A stretch of 64,000 nt of DNA from Candidatus Udaeobacter sp. (GTDB taxonomy: Bacteria; Patescibacteriota; Patescibacteriia; Magasanikbacterales; GWA2-37-8), in assembly GCA_035473115.1 (NCBI GenBank), contig DATION010000002.1:105368-169367 (forward strand), read 5' to 3'. The position numbers and the translations under genes were made by a program. The notes under the pieces are model-generated. The model saw only the letters and a program-made list of their open reading frames with translations, did not search any database and was not told the DNA's origin. Position 1 is the first letter of the stretch. Each line of letters opens with the position of its first letter. Shown piece by piece: positions 30,353-42,924 of the stretch.

Positions 30353-32110
30353 CTAATCTATAAAACCGCCAGCTTGGACTTTCCAAAGCTTTTCGTAAAT
30401 ACCCGGATTTTTTAATAATTCGGTATGAGTGCCTTCTTCGGCAATTTTGCCGTCTTTAATGACAATAATACGATCCATCTTCATAATTGTCGATAAACGA
30501 TGAGCTACCACCAAAACAGTTTTACCTTGGATTAAAACATTGAGAGCGTCTTGAATTAATTTTTCCGATTCAGAATCCAAACTGGAAGTAGCTTCGTCCA
30601 AAATTAAAATCGGCGCGTTGTGCAAAATAGCTCGCGCAATCGCCACCCGCTGTCTTTCACCGCCTGATAGTTTTACGCCGCGTTCGCCAACATAGGTATT
30701 ATAATCTTCTGGCAAATCCTTAATAAATTCATGACAATGAGCCAGTTTAGCGGCTTTGATGACTTCTTCCTTGCTGGCCGAAGGTTTGCCGTAGCGAATA
30801 TTTTCTAGCAGTGTTCTGTGGAAAAGAATCGGATCTTGCGGAACCATACTAAGATTTTGCCATAAACTTTCTTGAGTAACTTTAGAAATTTCTTGGTTAT
30901 CAATCAAAATTTTTCCTCCGGAAACATCATGCATGCGCAGTAATAATTTGATTATCGTAGTTTTACCGGCTCCGGAAGGTCCAACCAAAGCAATCTTTTC
31001 TTTGGGAGCGATAGTTAAGTTAAATTTATGCAAAATTCGTCTGGTTTCGTGATAATAAAAATTTACATCTTTAAATTCTACTTTTCCTTCGGACAATTTT
31101 AAATTTTTAGCATTAGCAATATCGGTGATTTCGTGCGGTTCACTCAAGATTTCAGTCATTTCTTCAGCTTCAGCCAAATCTTCGTAGATATGCTGAATAA
31201 CCCGGCCAAAATCCCAGCTTTGGTGAACGACAATGAAAACATATGATTGAATTAAAACAAAATCACCAACGGTTAAAATATTTTCTTTCCAGAGTTGGAT
31301 AGCCAAATAGATACTGCCAATCTCTAAAGCCGTGGTCAGCAAAGATTGAACTGCTTCATAAATATTGGTTAAATTCCAGCTAAACCAACGCAGTCTTTTT
31401 ACTTCTCCAACCGCTTTGGCAAAATTTTTAATTTCGCGTAAATAACCGCCAAATAATTTAACATTGACATTATTGGTAATTGTGTCGGCGAGCAGTCCGG
31501 TGGCTTTGGAGTCGGCTTCGCTACGCTCTAAATCATAACGGCTTTTAAACTTAGTAAAAATTAAATTAATAGCAAAAAATATCAGTAGCCATAGCGCTAC
31601 ACCCAAGCCTAATTTTAAATTTCTTTTAGTTAAAACAAATAAAATTAAACCTATACTTACAGCCAATTGGATAATATTAAAGAAAATCCGATCAGTAATA
31701 TCTTCAAAGGAACGCGTAAAACGATTTACTTTCTTCACCAAAGATCCAACAAAAGTATTGTTAAAAAAAGAAAAGGAATGCTTATGCAAATATTTAAAGC
31801 AAGCATCCGAAAGACCGGCCATGATTGAAGATTGAAAATAAGAAACAAAAAAAGTTGCTAAACGCCAACTGATCCAAGCGATACCCTCTATCAGAACAAT
31901 GATGCTTAAAACATGCAAAATCTGTGGAGCCAAAGCGGCTTTGGTTTCAGATTGAGTTAAGATATCAAAAATTTTCTTAAAATATATAGGCGTAATTGCC
32001 GCTGCCGCAGAAGCGCTGACAATTCCGGCCACAACAATAAAACCAGAAATGCCATGTTTACGCACTTCCTGCCAAAAAATTTTTAACGTTAATTTAGTAT
32101 TAACTTTCAT
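30353..32110 (-). CDS. ABC exporter, fused permease-ATPase (MsbA-like)
   Basis: Six-transmembrane domain, then Walker A (GPSGAGKTT), the signature LSGGERQR and Walker B (ILILDEAT). No C39 peptidase domain. Confidence 0.85.
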   Translation of the reverse strand: MKVNTKLTLKIFWQEVRKHGISGFIVVAGIVSASAAAAITPIYFKKIFDILTQSETKAALAPQILHVLSIIVLIEGIAWISWRLATFFVSYFQSSIMAGLSDACFKYLHKHSFSFFNNTFVGSLVKKVNRFTRSFEDITDRIFFNIIQLAVSIGLILFVLTKRNLKLGLGVALWLLIFFAINLIFTKFKSRYDLERSEADSKATGLLADTITNNVNVKLFGGYLREIKNFAKAVGEVKRLRWFSWNLTNIYEAVQSLLTTALEIGSIYLAIQLWKENILTVGDFVLIQSYVFIVVHQSWDFGRVIQHIYEDLAEAEEMTEILSEPHEITDIANAKNLKLSEGKVEFKDVNFYYHETRRILHKFNLTIAPKEKIALVGPSGAGKTTIIKLLLRMHDVSGGKILIDNQEISKVTQESLWQNLSMVPQDPILFHRTLLENIRYGKPSASKEEVIKAAKLAHCHEFIKDLPEDYNTYVGERGVKLSGGERQRVAIARAILHNAPILILDEATSSLDSESEKLIQDALNVLIQGKTVLVVAHRLSTIMKMDRIIVIKDGKIAEEGTHTELLKNPGIYEKLWKVQAGGFID

Positions 32111-32130
32111 TATAAATATTAAACCGAGAT

Positions 32131-32259
32131 TTATTTAGCGCTGCATTCACAACCGCAAGTCTCATCACATTCGCAACAATGCGAACAGATGCTCTCGTTG
32201 CATAAACATTTTTCATCCTCCGCTTCAAACGGAAGACTGCATTTAGAACAACTTTCCAT
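32131..32259 (-). CDS. Cysteine-rich acidic 42-aa peptide (MESCSKCSLPFEAEDEKCLCNESICSHCCECDETCGCECSAK)
   Basis: Too short for the supplied ORF track. 11 Cys out of 42 residues. An extended -10 box (TGGTATAAT) lies on the minus strand at 32293-32301. Its stop is 20 nt upstream of the ABC exporter start. Confidence 0.4.
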   Translation of the reverse strand: MESCSKCSLPFEAEDEKCLCNESICSHCCECDETCGCECSAK

Positions 32260-32306
32260 ATATATTTATATTAAAAAAATAATTACAGATAAATTATACC
32301 AAAATC

Positions 32307-32335
32307 AAAAATCCGAGGCAACATCTCGGATTTTT
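32307..32335 (-). terminator. Rho-independent terminator after atpC
   Basis: AAAAATCCGAG-loop-CTCGGATTTTT hairpin followed by a T-rich tract on the minus strand. Confidence 0.6.
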
Positions 32336-32351
32336 GATTTGTCAAGAAGTA

Positions 32352-32771
32352 TTAGTTTGGTAAATTTCGATATTTTTTTGCTACTCGTATTTTGTTCACT
32401 TCCCTATCAATTAAAGCTTGCAGCTTGGCATAATCAACATCTTGGGAATTTTTAATATTTTTCATCTGTTCCTCGGCTCTCTGTCTGGCTTCTTCGGCTT
32501 TGGTAATGTCTATATCAGCCACTCTTTCGGCATGATCAGCTAAAATAACAACTTCATTTTGACCACGCACTTCCAAAAACCCACCCGATACCGCCAAATT
32601 ATGTTCACCGGTTTTATCTTTTATTTTTAACTCGCCAGCCTTTAACACAGAAATCAAAGGGATATGATTTGGCAAAATCGTAATTTCACCGCTCATGGTA
32701 GGAACAGAAACTTGAGAAATCTCATTTTCGTAAATAACTTTTTCCGGTGTGACGATTTTAAATTTAAGCAT
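32352..32771 (-). CDS. atpC: F-ATPase epsilon subunit
   Basis: Family-typical N-terminal beta-sandwich and C-terminal helices. Last gene of the atp operon. Confidence 0.85.
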   Translation of the reverse strand: MLKFKIVTPEKVIYENEISQVSVPTMSGEITILPNHIPLISVLKAGELKIKDKTGEHNLAVSGGFLEVRGQNEVVILADHAERVADIDITKAEEARQRAEEQMKNIKNSQDVDYAKLQALIDREVNKIRVAKKYRNLPN

Positions 32772-32814
32772 AGATTTTTAGTTTGTCATCCCTAGCATGG
32801 AACGACAATATAAG

Positions 32815-35077
<2,263 letters not shown>

Positions 35078-35113
35078 ACATCTTTATTATTCCCAATGAC
35101 AATTTAAAATAAA

Positions 35114-36601
35114 TTATTTATTATACTCCGCGCAAGCTGCTTTTAATTCTGTTTCAATCTTTTCATCCCATTCACCAGCGGCGATCTTATCAAGCAAAGC
35201 TCGTTTGGATTTACCCATAAATTCAGTTAGTTTCTTTTCGGCAGCCGAAATATCTTTTACAGCCACATCATCAAAATAGCCATTGTTGATTGCAAAAATA
35301 CCGGCTACTTGATTTTCTACCGCCACCGGCTGATATTGAGGCTGCTTTAATAATTCAGTAATGCGCTGTCCGCGTTCAATCTGTTTTTTGGTTTCCGGAT
35401 CCAAATCACTGGCAAATTGAGCAAAAGCTTCCATTTCTCTAAATTGCGCCATGGCTAATTTTAATTTACCAGCAACTTTTTTCATTGGTTTGATTTGCGC
35501 AGCGCCACCAACACGAGATACGGAAATACCCACATTTAAAGCTGGGCGAATACCGCGATAGAACAAGTCTGTTTCCAAGAAAATCTGACCGTCAGTAATA
35601 GAAATTACGTTGGTTGGAATATAGGCCGTAACATCAGATGCTTGAGTTTCGATGATTGGCAATGCGGTAATAGAACCTCCGCCTGATTCTTTGTTGCGGC
35701 GGCAAGCGCGTTCTAGTAATCTGGAGTGCAAATAAAACACATCACCCGGATAAGCTTCACGGCCCGGTGGACGGCGCAAGAGCAAAGAAATTTCTCGGTA
35801 TGCCCAAGCTTGTTTGGATAAATCATCATATACACACAAAACATCTTTACCCTGATCCATAAAATATTCAGCCATGGCTACACCAGAATAAGGAGCAATA
35901 TATGATAAAGCTGCCGGAGAAGATGCACCTGCCACAACCACAATCGTATAATCCATAGCGCCAGTTTCTTTTAATTTGGCCACAATGCGAGCAATCTTTG
36001 ATTCTTTCTGACCAATAGCCACATAGACACAAATCATATCTTTGCCTTTTTGGTTAATGATCGTGTCAATTGCTACAGCAGTTTTACCAGTCTGGCGATC
36101 ACCAATAATAAGTTCACGCTGACCGCGGCCAATTGGAATCATGGCATCGATTGCTTTAATACCTGTTTGAACCGGTTGAGTTACCGGCTCTCTAGTCATT
36201 ACGCCCGGAGCGATTTTTTCAATTGGATAAAAAGTTGTAGATTTTATTTCTTTACCGCCATCTATAGCTGTACCAAGCGCATTTACCACCCGGCCGATTA
36301 ACTGATCCCCGACCGGTACGGATAAGATTTTATTGGTTCGTTTGACAGTATCCCCTTCTTTAATATGTTCATATTCACCCAAAAGCACACAGCCGACAGT
36401 TTCTTCTTCTAAGTTTAAAGCCAAACCAAACACATCACCGGAAAATTCTAACATTTCGCCAGCTTGGCATTTGCTTAAACCGGAAATACGAGCGATACCA
36501 TCACCTACTTCAATTACTTTGCCGGTTTCTTCTTTTTCTACTTCTTTTTGGAAATGGGCAATATTTTTTTTCAATTCTTCAACGATGTTATTTGTGGACA
36601 T
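35114..36601 (-). CDS. atpA: F-ATPase alpha subunit
   Basis: P-loop GDRQTGKTA and alpha-subunit signature. Confidence 0.95.
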   Translation of the reverse strand: MSTNNIVEELKKNIAHFQKEVEKEETGKVIEVGDGIARISGLSKCQAGEMLEFSGDVFGLALNLEEETVGCVLLGEYEHIKEGDTVKRTNKILSVPVGDQLIGRVVNALGTAIDGGKEIKSTTFYPIEKIAPGVMTREPVTQPVQTGIKAIDAMIPIGRGQRELIIGDRQTGKTAVAIDTIINQKGKDMICVYVAIGQKESKIARIVAKLKETGAMDYTIVVVAGASSPAALSYIAPYSGVAMAEYFMDQGKDVLCVYDDLSKQAWAYREISLLLRRPPGREAYPGDVFYLHSRLLERACRRNKESGGGSITALPIIETQASDVTAYIPTNVISITDGQIFLETDLFYRGIRPALNVGISVSRVGGAAQIKPMKKVAGKLKLAMAQFREMEAFAQFASDLDPETKKQIERGQRITELLKQPQYQPVAVENQVAGIFAINNGYFDDVAVKDISAAEKKLTEFMGKSKRALLDKIAAGEWDEKIETELKAACAEYNK

Positions 36602-36604
36602 ATT

Positions 36605-36994
36605 TTAGGAAATTAACTTTTCTTTTAAATTTTTTAATTGAGTTTTTAAACTGGCGTCGTAAATCATATCATCAACTTTTATTTTTATTCCGCCCATTAA
36701 ATTTTTATTTACTACAGCGGTTATTTCTGATTTTTCACCGAAAGCTTTTTTAATTTTTGCCAGTATACTGTCTTCTAATTCTTTGGCAGTTTCGACAGTT
36801 ATCACTTTTATCCCGTTTTGTTTTTTTGAATAGTTTATAAAATCTTTTATGATATAATCAATTTTTTTTAACTTATTATTTTTTTGTAAAACTAAAACAA
36901 ATTGCTTCATGGCCGCCGGTAAATCTTTTTCCGGCAAACCGCTAGTTATTTCGTATAGAGCTTTCGCAAATTGAAAATTACTATTCTTTGGCAT
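36605..36994 (-). CDS. atpH: F-ATPase delta subunit (short, 129 aa)
   Basis: Position between atpF and atpA. OSCP-like helical N-terminal region. Confidence 0.6.
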   Translation of the reverse strand: MPKNSNFQFAKALYEITSGLPEKDLPAAMKQFVLVLQKNNKLKKIDYIIKDFINYSKKQNGIKVITVETAKELEDSILAKIKKAFGEKSEITAVVNKNLMGGIKIKVDDMIYDASLKTQLKNLKEKLIS

Positions 36995-36995
36995 A

Positions 36996-37547
36996 TTATT
37001 CCAGGCTTTTTACCGCTTCAGTAATTATTTTATTATCTTTTTCAATATCAATTTTTGAAGCTAAAATTTTCTCCGCAGCCGAAATAATCAAGTCTGCAGC
37101 TTGTGCTTTTAATTCTGTTATAGATTCGTCTCTCTCTGTTTTTATATTTTTTCTAGCCTGATCCACCAGCTGTTCTATATCTTTTTTAGCCTTTTCTCTC
37201 ATGGCTTCAGCCATTTGCAAAGATTCCAGGCTAGCTTTTTCTAAAATTTTATTAGCATCAACTTTGGCTTGGTCTATCTTTTCCTGATACTTTCTTTCAC
37301 TCATTCCCAAGTTAGCCTCTATTTTTTTGACATTATCTACGCTGTCACCGATCATTTTTTGTCGTTCAGCCATTTTTTTGGTAAGTGGTTTTAAAATCAA
37401 ATACCACAAAACCAGCATAACAACTACAAAGTTTATTATTTGAAAAGTGAAAAGGGTGCCGTTTATTCCTAGTGAAGACAATAATCCTTCTTGGCTGGTG
37501 GTAGGAACAGTTTCTTCAATAGTATAAGGGATATTTGGAGATGGCAT
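36996..37547 (-). CDS. atpF: F-ATPase b subunit
   Basis: Single N-terminal transmembrane helix, then a long charged helix. Confidence 0.8.
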   Translation of the reverse strand: MPSPNIPYTIEETVPTTSQEGLLSSLGINGTLFTFQIINFVVVMLVLWYLILKPLTKKMAERQKMIGDSVDNVKKIEANLGMSERKYQEKIDQAKVDANKILEKASLESLQMAEAMREKAKKDIEQLVDQARKNIKTERDESITELKAQAADLIISAAEKILASKIDIEKDNKIITEAVKSLE

Positions 37548-37619
37548 ATAATTTTATTTTTCCCGGATGATATTAAATAATTCAATTCCATTGGGCTTTT
37601 ACAAACCCAATGAGTTGAA

Positions 37620-37841
37620 TTATTTTAAAGTGAAAACAACTACTAAGGCGTAAATAGCGATAGATTCAGCAAAAGCTGCGCCTAACAACATCGGTACAAA
37701 TGATTTGTCTGATGCTTCCGGGTTGCGTCCGATAGCTTCCATGGCAGTTGCCACAATTTTTCCGATAGCTATTGCCGGGCCAAAACCACCGAGAGCCATT
37801 GTTAGGCCTTTTACTAAGACCAAAATTGATTCATGATCCAT
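37620..37841 (-). CDS. atpE: F-ATPase c subunit (proteolipid)
   Basis: Helical hairpin with the conserved acidic residue in helix 2 (AFAESIAIYALVV). Confidence 0.85.
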   Translation of the reverse strand: MDHESILVLVKGLTMALGGFGPAIAIGKIVATAMEAIGRNPEASDKSFVPMLLGAAFAESIAIYALVVVFTLK

Positions 37842-37905
37842 ATAATTTGAATCTTTCCGATATCCTTGCTCTTTAAATAAGAGCTTAAGGGTATCAATTA
37901 ATTAT

Positions 37906-38700
37906 TTAATGTGAATTAGAATGTTCTTCTCCATGGGGCGCGCTGGACAAAATTGTTAAATAAACCAACGTTAACATGGTAAATACACTTGCCTGTACCA
38001 ACCCAACCAGCAATTCTAAAACCATAAACGGGGTTGGCAAAAAAGCGGCGGCAATACTGGAAATTACCGAAATCAAAACTTCACCCGCAAAAATATTACC
38101 GAATAATCTCAAAGAAAGTGATAAAACTTTGGCAAACTCACTGACAATTTCTATAAGCCCCACTGCCATATTAATAATGGCTGTAAAAATAGCTATCGGG
38201 CCTTTGTTAAGGCTTTTAACAAAGCTGCCCAACTGAATAAATTTATTAATATGAGTAAAGACGCCAACAGTCACCAGCCCGATAATATGAGAAATAACTA
38301 CCACCGAAACAGCCATGGCCAAAGTTAAATTTAAATCAGAGTTAGCCGGACGAAGCAGCGGCGCTTCGCCAAAATGAATACTACCGGTGCCAGGCAATAG
38401 TCCCAGCCAGTTAGAAAGTAGAATAAAAAAGAACACTGAGCCTACCAAAGGTAGAAAGCGCAGTGTTTTTTTTCGGTCAGCCGTAATCTGATCAAAATAA
38501 TTAAGCAGTTTTTCTAAAAAGAATTCCATGAAGTTTTGCATTTTTCCGGGCTTTAAACTTATTTTTTTACCAAGTTTCAAACCCACAACCAGCAAAATAA
38601 CGATAGCCAACCAAACATTAACAATAGTATTTGTTACTGGCAATTTTCCGATGTGAAAAATTGTTTCTGGCGCTAAAGTTGGAATATGTAATTCTGTCAT
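37906..38700 (-). CDS. atpB: F-ATPase a subunit
   Basis: Polytopic protein with the conserved Arg region (LSLRLFGNIFAGE). Confidence 0.85.
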   Translation of the reverse strand: MTELHIPTLAPETIFHIGKLPVTNTIVNVWLAIVILLVVGLKLGKKISLKPGKMQNFMEFFLEKLLNYFDQITADRKKTLRFLPLVGSVFFFILLSNWLGLLPGTGSIHFGEAPLLRPANSDLNLTLAMAVSVVVISHIIGLVTVGVFTHINKFIQLGSFVKSLNKGPIAIFTAIINMAVGLIEIVSEFAKVLSLSLRLFGNIFAGEVLISVISSIAAAFLPTPFMVLELLVGLVQASVFTMLTLVYLTILSSAPHGEEHSNSH

Positions 38701-38703
38701 AGA

Positions 38704-38982
38704 TTATTCTGTTTGTTTTTTCCCGGCATCATTCATTTTTTTGTACTCTTCTCCATAAATTTTGGCTTTTCTGTAGATAATCTTTGCTGATGACAGAGCT
38801 GCCAAAACGAATCCTAGAATTGTAAAAAGCGGTGATTTGCTATATTTTTCGTCTATATATTGGCCAATCAGCACAAAAACCACAACTGGTATGGCAATGG
38901 AAGCGCCAAAATCTCCCAGCATTTTAAAAGCAAATAACTGATACTGACCGCTGTTGGTTTTATTTGGTTTATTTTCTTCCAT
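38704..38982 (-). CDS. AtpI/AtpZ-like small membrane protein at the head of the atp operon
   Basis: Two transmembrane helices. Directly upstream of atpB on the same strand. Confidence 0.5.
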   Translation of the reverse strand: MEENKPNKTNSGQYQLFAFKMLGDFGASIAIPVVVFVLIGQYIDEKYSKSPLFTILGFVLAALSSAKIIYRKAKIYGEEYKKMNDAGKKQTE

Positions 38983-39075
38983 AACTTATTGGCAATTTTC
39001 TCTTGCCGCCATTACTTTACATAAAAAACCCCCAGAAGTCAAGGATTTTTCAATTTGAGAATGTGAATAGATTGG

Positions 39076-39921
39076 CTAGACTGCTTTTTGAAAGAGATTT
39101 TGAGCGTTTTTGGTGGTAGCCTCTATAACTTCGGCAAAAGACAAGCCTTTTGTATAAGCGATTTTTTTGGCTACTTCTTCTACCATCCATGGTTCGCAGC
39201 GCTTGCCGCGATAAAGGTTTGCTGCCAAATATGGCGCGTCAGTTTCCAGAAGCATTCGGTCTAAAGGACAGTTTTTTACCACTTCTAGCAGCGCTTCCTG
39301 GGCTTGCGGATCAGATTTTCTAGGCGGAAAAGTAATTACTCCGGTAAAACCAAGATGCAAACCTAAAGCCAAATATTTTTGCGCATAGTGCCAATTGCCA
39401 GTATAGCAATGAATTGTGGCGCGAATTTTATCAGATAAACTACTTAATAATCCAACCATTTCTTCATGTGCTTCACGAACATGAATAACCATTGGTAAAT
39501 CAAGCTCTTGCGCCAATTTACATTGAGCTAAAAAAGTTAATTTTTGTTTTTCCAAAACCTCCTCTTTGCTTCTGCCTTCAGGCAAACGGTACAAATCCAA
39601 ACCGCACTCCCCGATCGCGATAACTTTTGGACTTTGGCCTAATTTTTTATAATATTCGTAATCAAAATTTTCTTCACGAGTCAAAAAACTGCTTTCTTCT
39701 TCATCAACGTGAGTGGAAAACAGATGCATGGGATGAAGCCCGACACTAGCATAGATAAACGGATATTTTTGCGCAAACTCCACAGCGGCACGGCTAGTAT
39801 CTTTTTGTGTGCCAACTGCGTTTAGAATTATAGAGCTATCTTTTTCTACACATCTTTTTATCACTTCGTCGTAATCATTTTTAAAACCATTAAATTGGAT
39901 ATGGCAATGCGTATCAAACAT
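39076..39921 (-). CDS. tatD: TatD-family metal-dependent hydrolase (DNase)
   Basis: N-terminal FDTHCH motif and TIM-barrel hydrolase pattern. Confidence 0.85.
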   Translation of the reverse strand: MFDTHCHIQFNGFKNDYDEVIKRCVEKDSSIILNAVGTQKDTSRAAVEFAQKYPFIYASVGLHPMHLFSTHVDEEESSFLTREENFDYEYYKKLGQSPKVIAIGECGLDLYRLPEGRSKEEVLEKQKLTFLAQCKLAQELDLPMVIHVREAHEEMVGLLSSLSDKIRATIHCYTGNWHYAQKYLALGLHLGFTGVITFPPRKSDPQAQEALLEVVKNCPLDRMLLETDAPYLAANLYRGKRCEPWMVEEVAKKIAYTKGLSFAEVIEATTKNAQNLFQKAV

Positions 39922-39931
39922 ACAGGTAAAG

Positions 39932-40456
39932 CTAGATTAAATTTTCTACAGTGCTATGTAATAATCTTAAAGCTTCCGGGAGTAACGGCAAAAGTACTGA
40001 AGCTAGTTTAACTAACGGCGGAGCCAGTTCTGATTTGCCCAGACTTTCCATAAAAGCGGCGCTAATTGGGAAACGAGCAATAAAAAATAGAGAGATACCA
40101 ATCACAATCGCCCCTTCCAAAATTCCAAAAACCAAACCAAATATTCTGTCGAGGCCGCGGATAAATGGCAGTTTGGTAATGATGGATAATACTTTTTCGA
40201 TAAGCCAAAAAGCAAAGCCAACTAATCGGGTAATAATTAAAAATGTTAGGGTAAAAATAATAACTTTGACATAATTTTGATTCCAGCCTGTGGCATTGAT
40301 AATCCATAAAGCTGCCGGTTCATAATAACGGCTTGCCAAAAAAACTCCCAGCACGGTTCCGACTAAAGATCCCAAAGTATGGATTAAACCGAACCACAGT
40401 CCAAATAAAGCAAAACCGGAAAGTATAATTATCAGTACTATGTCAAAAAAAGACAT
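39932..40456 (-). CDS. cvpA: CvpA-family membrane protein
   Basis: N-terminal FDIVLIIILSGFALFG.. signature of the CvpA family. Four transmembrane helices. Confidence 0.7.
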   Translation of the reverse strand: MSFFDIVLIIILSGFALFGLWFGLIHTLGSLVGTVLGVFLASRYYEPAALWIINATGWNQNYVKVIIFTLTFLIITRLVGFAFWLIEKVLSIITKLPFIRGLDRIFGLVFGILEGAIVIGISLFFIARFPISAAFMESLGKSELAPPLVKLASVLLPLLPEALRLLHSTVENLI

Positions 40457-40476
40457 AAATTAAAATTAATAATAAA

Positions 40477-42009
40477 TTAGGTTAAGCGTGGAAACAGCTG
40501 CTCTGGTTTTTTGATTTTATTGCCAACTAATATTTCTTCCCAAATTTGTAATTTTTCTAATGGTTTTGCAAGTTCGGTATTAACATCTAATCCGAGCTGA
40601 ACCAGTAATTTTTCTCCTGTCTCTGGCATTATTGGCCAGATCATTACCGCGATATGGCGCAAAGCTTCACATAAATAAAATAGCAAATCTTTTACTTCTT
40701 GATCCTTGCCGACTTTCATCATGGCCCAAGGCTGCGCAGTAGTAATTGCCAAATCACAATCCTTAATAATTTGCCAAATTAATTCCAGAGCGCGATCAAA
40801 CTTCCAAGACGACATCATGATATTGTAATCCAAATTAAAATTAATAAATTCAGACACTCGTTCTTTGCTATCTTTTTTCTTTGCTTCAGGGATCACGCTA
40901 TCACAATATTTTTCTACCATCACCAAAATACGATTGGTAAGGTTGCCCAAACCGTTAGCTAAATCAGATTCATAGCGCTGATTAAATTTAGCATAAGAAA
41001 AATCTCCGTCATTATCAAATTGAATTTCGCGCATTAAAAAGTAGCGTACTGCTTCCAGCGGAAATTTTTGAGTTAACTCCAGTGGGTCAATTACATTGCC
41101 GATCGTTTTGCTCATTTTTTGACCATCAACCGTTATCCAACCGTGCACAGCGATCTGTTTGGGTAGATCAGCACCGACAGACAAGAGCATAGCTGGCCAT
41201 AACAAAGAATGAAAACGATTAATTTCCTTGCCAATCACATGCGCGTCAGCTGGCCAATATTTTTTAACTAGGCTTTCATCTTTGCTTCCATAACCCAAAG
41301 CAGTTATATAATTTGTCAGAGCGTCAAACCAAACATACATTACCTGTTTATCATCTCCCGGCACCGGAATGCCCCAGGATAGTTTTTCTTTGACTCGAGA
41401 AATACTGATATCTTCCAAACCGTTTTTAAGGATGTTTTCCATTTCTTTAAAACGATGCTCCGGATAAACAAAGTCAGGATTTTTGGCAAAATGATTTTCT
41501 AACTGTTTTTGAAACTTTGATAGTTTAAAGAAGTAATTTTCTTCGGACAACAATTCCGGAATTGTGTGGTGATCCGGACATTTGCCGTCAATTAGATCTT
41601 TTTCCAATTTAAAAGCTTCACAACCCACACAATATAATCCGGTATAACTTTTTAAATAAATATCTCCGGCTGCCAAAGATTTTTGCCAAAATTCTTGGGC
41701 GCCTTTAATATGCCGTTCTTCGGTTGTGCGAATAAAATCATTATTGGTAATATTCCATTGATCTGCCAGCAATTGGTACTGAGCGGACTTTTCAGCGGCA
41801 AATTCTTCAACTGTTTTCTTGGCATCTTTGGCAGTATGCAACATTTTTTGGCCATGCTCATCGGTGCCGGTTAAAAAATGAACTTCTTTTCCCAGCAATC
41901 TTTGGTAACGCGCCATGACATCGGTATATAAAATTTCTAAAGCAAAACCAATATGCGGATTGGCATTGGCATAGGGAATGGCGGTTGTTATATAAAATTT
42001 TTCTTTCAT
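40477..42009 (-). CDS. metG: Methionyl-tRNA synthetase
   Basis: HIGH-like (PYANANPHIGF) and KMSKT motifs, with zinc-knuckle Cys residues. Confidence 0.9.
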   Translation of the reverse strand: MKEKFYITTAIPYANANPHIGFALEILYTDVMARYQRLLGKEVHFLTGTDEHGQKMLHTAKDAKKTVEEFAAEKSAQYQLLADQWNITNNDFIRTTEERHIKGAQEFWQKSLAAGDIYLKSYTGLYCVGCEAFKLEKDLIDGKCPDHHTIPELLSEENYFFKLSKFQKQLENHFAKNPDFVYPEHRFKEMENILKNGLEDISISRVKEKLSWGIPVPGDDKQVMYVWFDALTNYITALGYGSKDESLVKKYWPADAHVIGKEINRFHSLLWPAMLLSVGADLPKQIAVHGWITVDGQKMSKTIGNVIDPLELTQKFPLEAVRYFLMREIQFDNDGDFSYAKFNQRYESDLANGLGNLTNRILVMVEKYCDSVIPEAKKKDSKERVSEFINFNLDYNIMMSSWKFDRALELIWQIIKDCDLAITTAQPWAMMKVGKDQEVKDLLFYLCEALRHIAVMIWPIMPETGEKLLVQLGLDVNTELAKPLEKLQIWEEILVGNKIKKPEQLFPRLT

Positions 42010-42022
42010 AATAAATTAACTT

Positions 42023-42691
42023 TTACTTTTGATTAACTACTACCACAAACTCCCCTCTTTCATCCTGCATATTTTCTAAAACCTGGCTGATAGTACCACG
42101 ATAAATCGTTTCAAATTTTTTAGTTAATTCGCGGCAAACCATTAAATTTCTACTGGCTTCAAGATTTTCTTTTAATTCCTGTAAACATTTTTTAATTCTA
42201 TGACCGGATTCATAAAAAATAACTGTATATTCGGCTGCGGCCACTTCTTTAAAAAATTTCTGCCGCTTGTTTTTGTGCGGCGGAAAACCCATAAAAATAA
42301 ACTTATCAGTTGGAAATCCGGAAATACTTAGCGCCGTGGTAACTGCTGCCGGACCGGGAATAGGAATAATTTCCAGCTGAAAATTTTTTACCAATGCTTT
42401 GATGAGCAAATTTCCCGGATCGCTGATCCCAGGGGTGCCGGCATCGGTAACCAAAGCTAAATTTCTGCCTTCTTCCAACAAAGCCGCGATTTCTTTTACT
42501 TTTCTTTCTTCCGTATGTTGGTGATAGCTAACCATCGGTTTAAATATCTGATAATGATTAAGCAAATTTTTGGTCACTCTGGTATCTTCGCACAAAATAA
42601 AATCAACATTTTTTAATGTTTCAATGGCGCGAAAAGTGATATCCGCCAAATTGCCGATAGGTGTAGCTACAATATAGAGTTTACCAAACAT
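42023..42691 (-). CDS. rsmI: 16S rRNA (cytidine1402-2'-O)-methyltransferase RsmI
   Basis: N-terminal LYIVATPIGNLADIT...CEDTR tetrapyrrole-methylase-fold signature. Confidence 0.8.
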   Translation of the reverse strand: MFGKLYIVATPIGNLADITFRAIETLKNVDFILCEDTRVTKNLLNHYQIFKPMVSYHQHTEERKVKEIAALLEEGRNLALVTDAGTPGISDPGNLLIKALVKNFQLEIIPIPGPAAVTTALSISGFPTDKFIFMGFPPHKNKRQKFFKEVAAAEYTVIFYESGHRIKKCLQELKENLEASRNLMVCRELTKKFETIYRGTISQVLENMQDERGEFVVVVNQK

Positions 42692-42728
42692 AGTATATAT
42701 CTTAACAAAATCGTTCTAGGAAGGCAAT

Positions 42729-42920
42729 TTATTCTTCCCAAGAAATTGCTTGGGTCGGACAAGAATCTATTGCCATCTGTACCATACCTTCTTCATCTCC
42801 CGCAGCATTAAAAACTTCCGCTTTAGTATTATCATCATTCATCCGGAAAGTAGCGGCCACTATGGACGGACAAAGGCCGCAGGCAATACATTTATCTTTG
42901 TCTATTTTTGGTATTGGCAT
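42729..42920 (-). CDS. Small 4Fe-4S ferredoxin
   Basis: C-x2-C-x2-C...CP cluster motif. The start was set at the internal Met (MPIPKIDKDKC), which avoids overlap with iscS. Confidence 0.7.
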   Translation of the reverse strand: MPIPKIDKDKCIACGLCPSIVAATFRMNDDNTKAEVFNAAGDEEGMVQMAIDSCPTQAISWEE

Positions 42921-42924
42921 ATTT

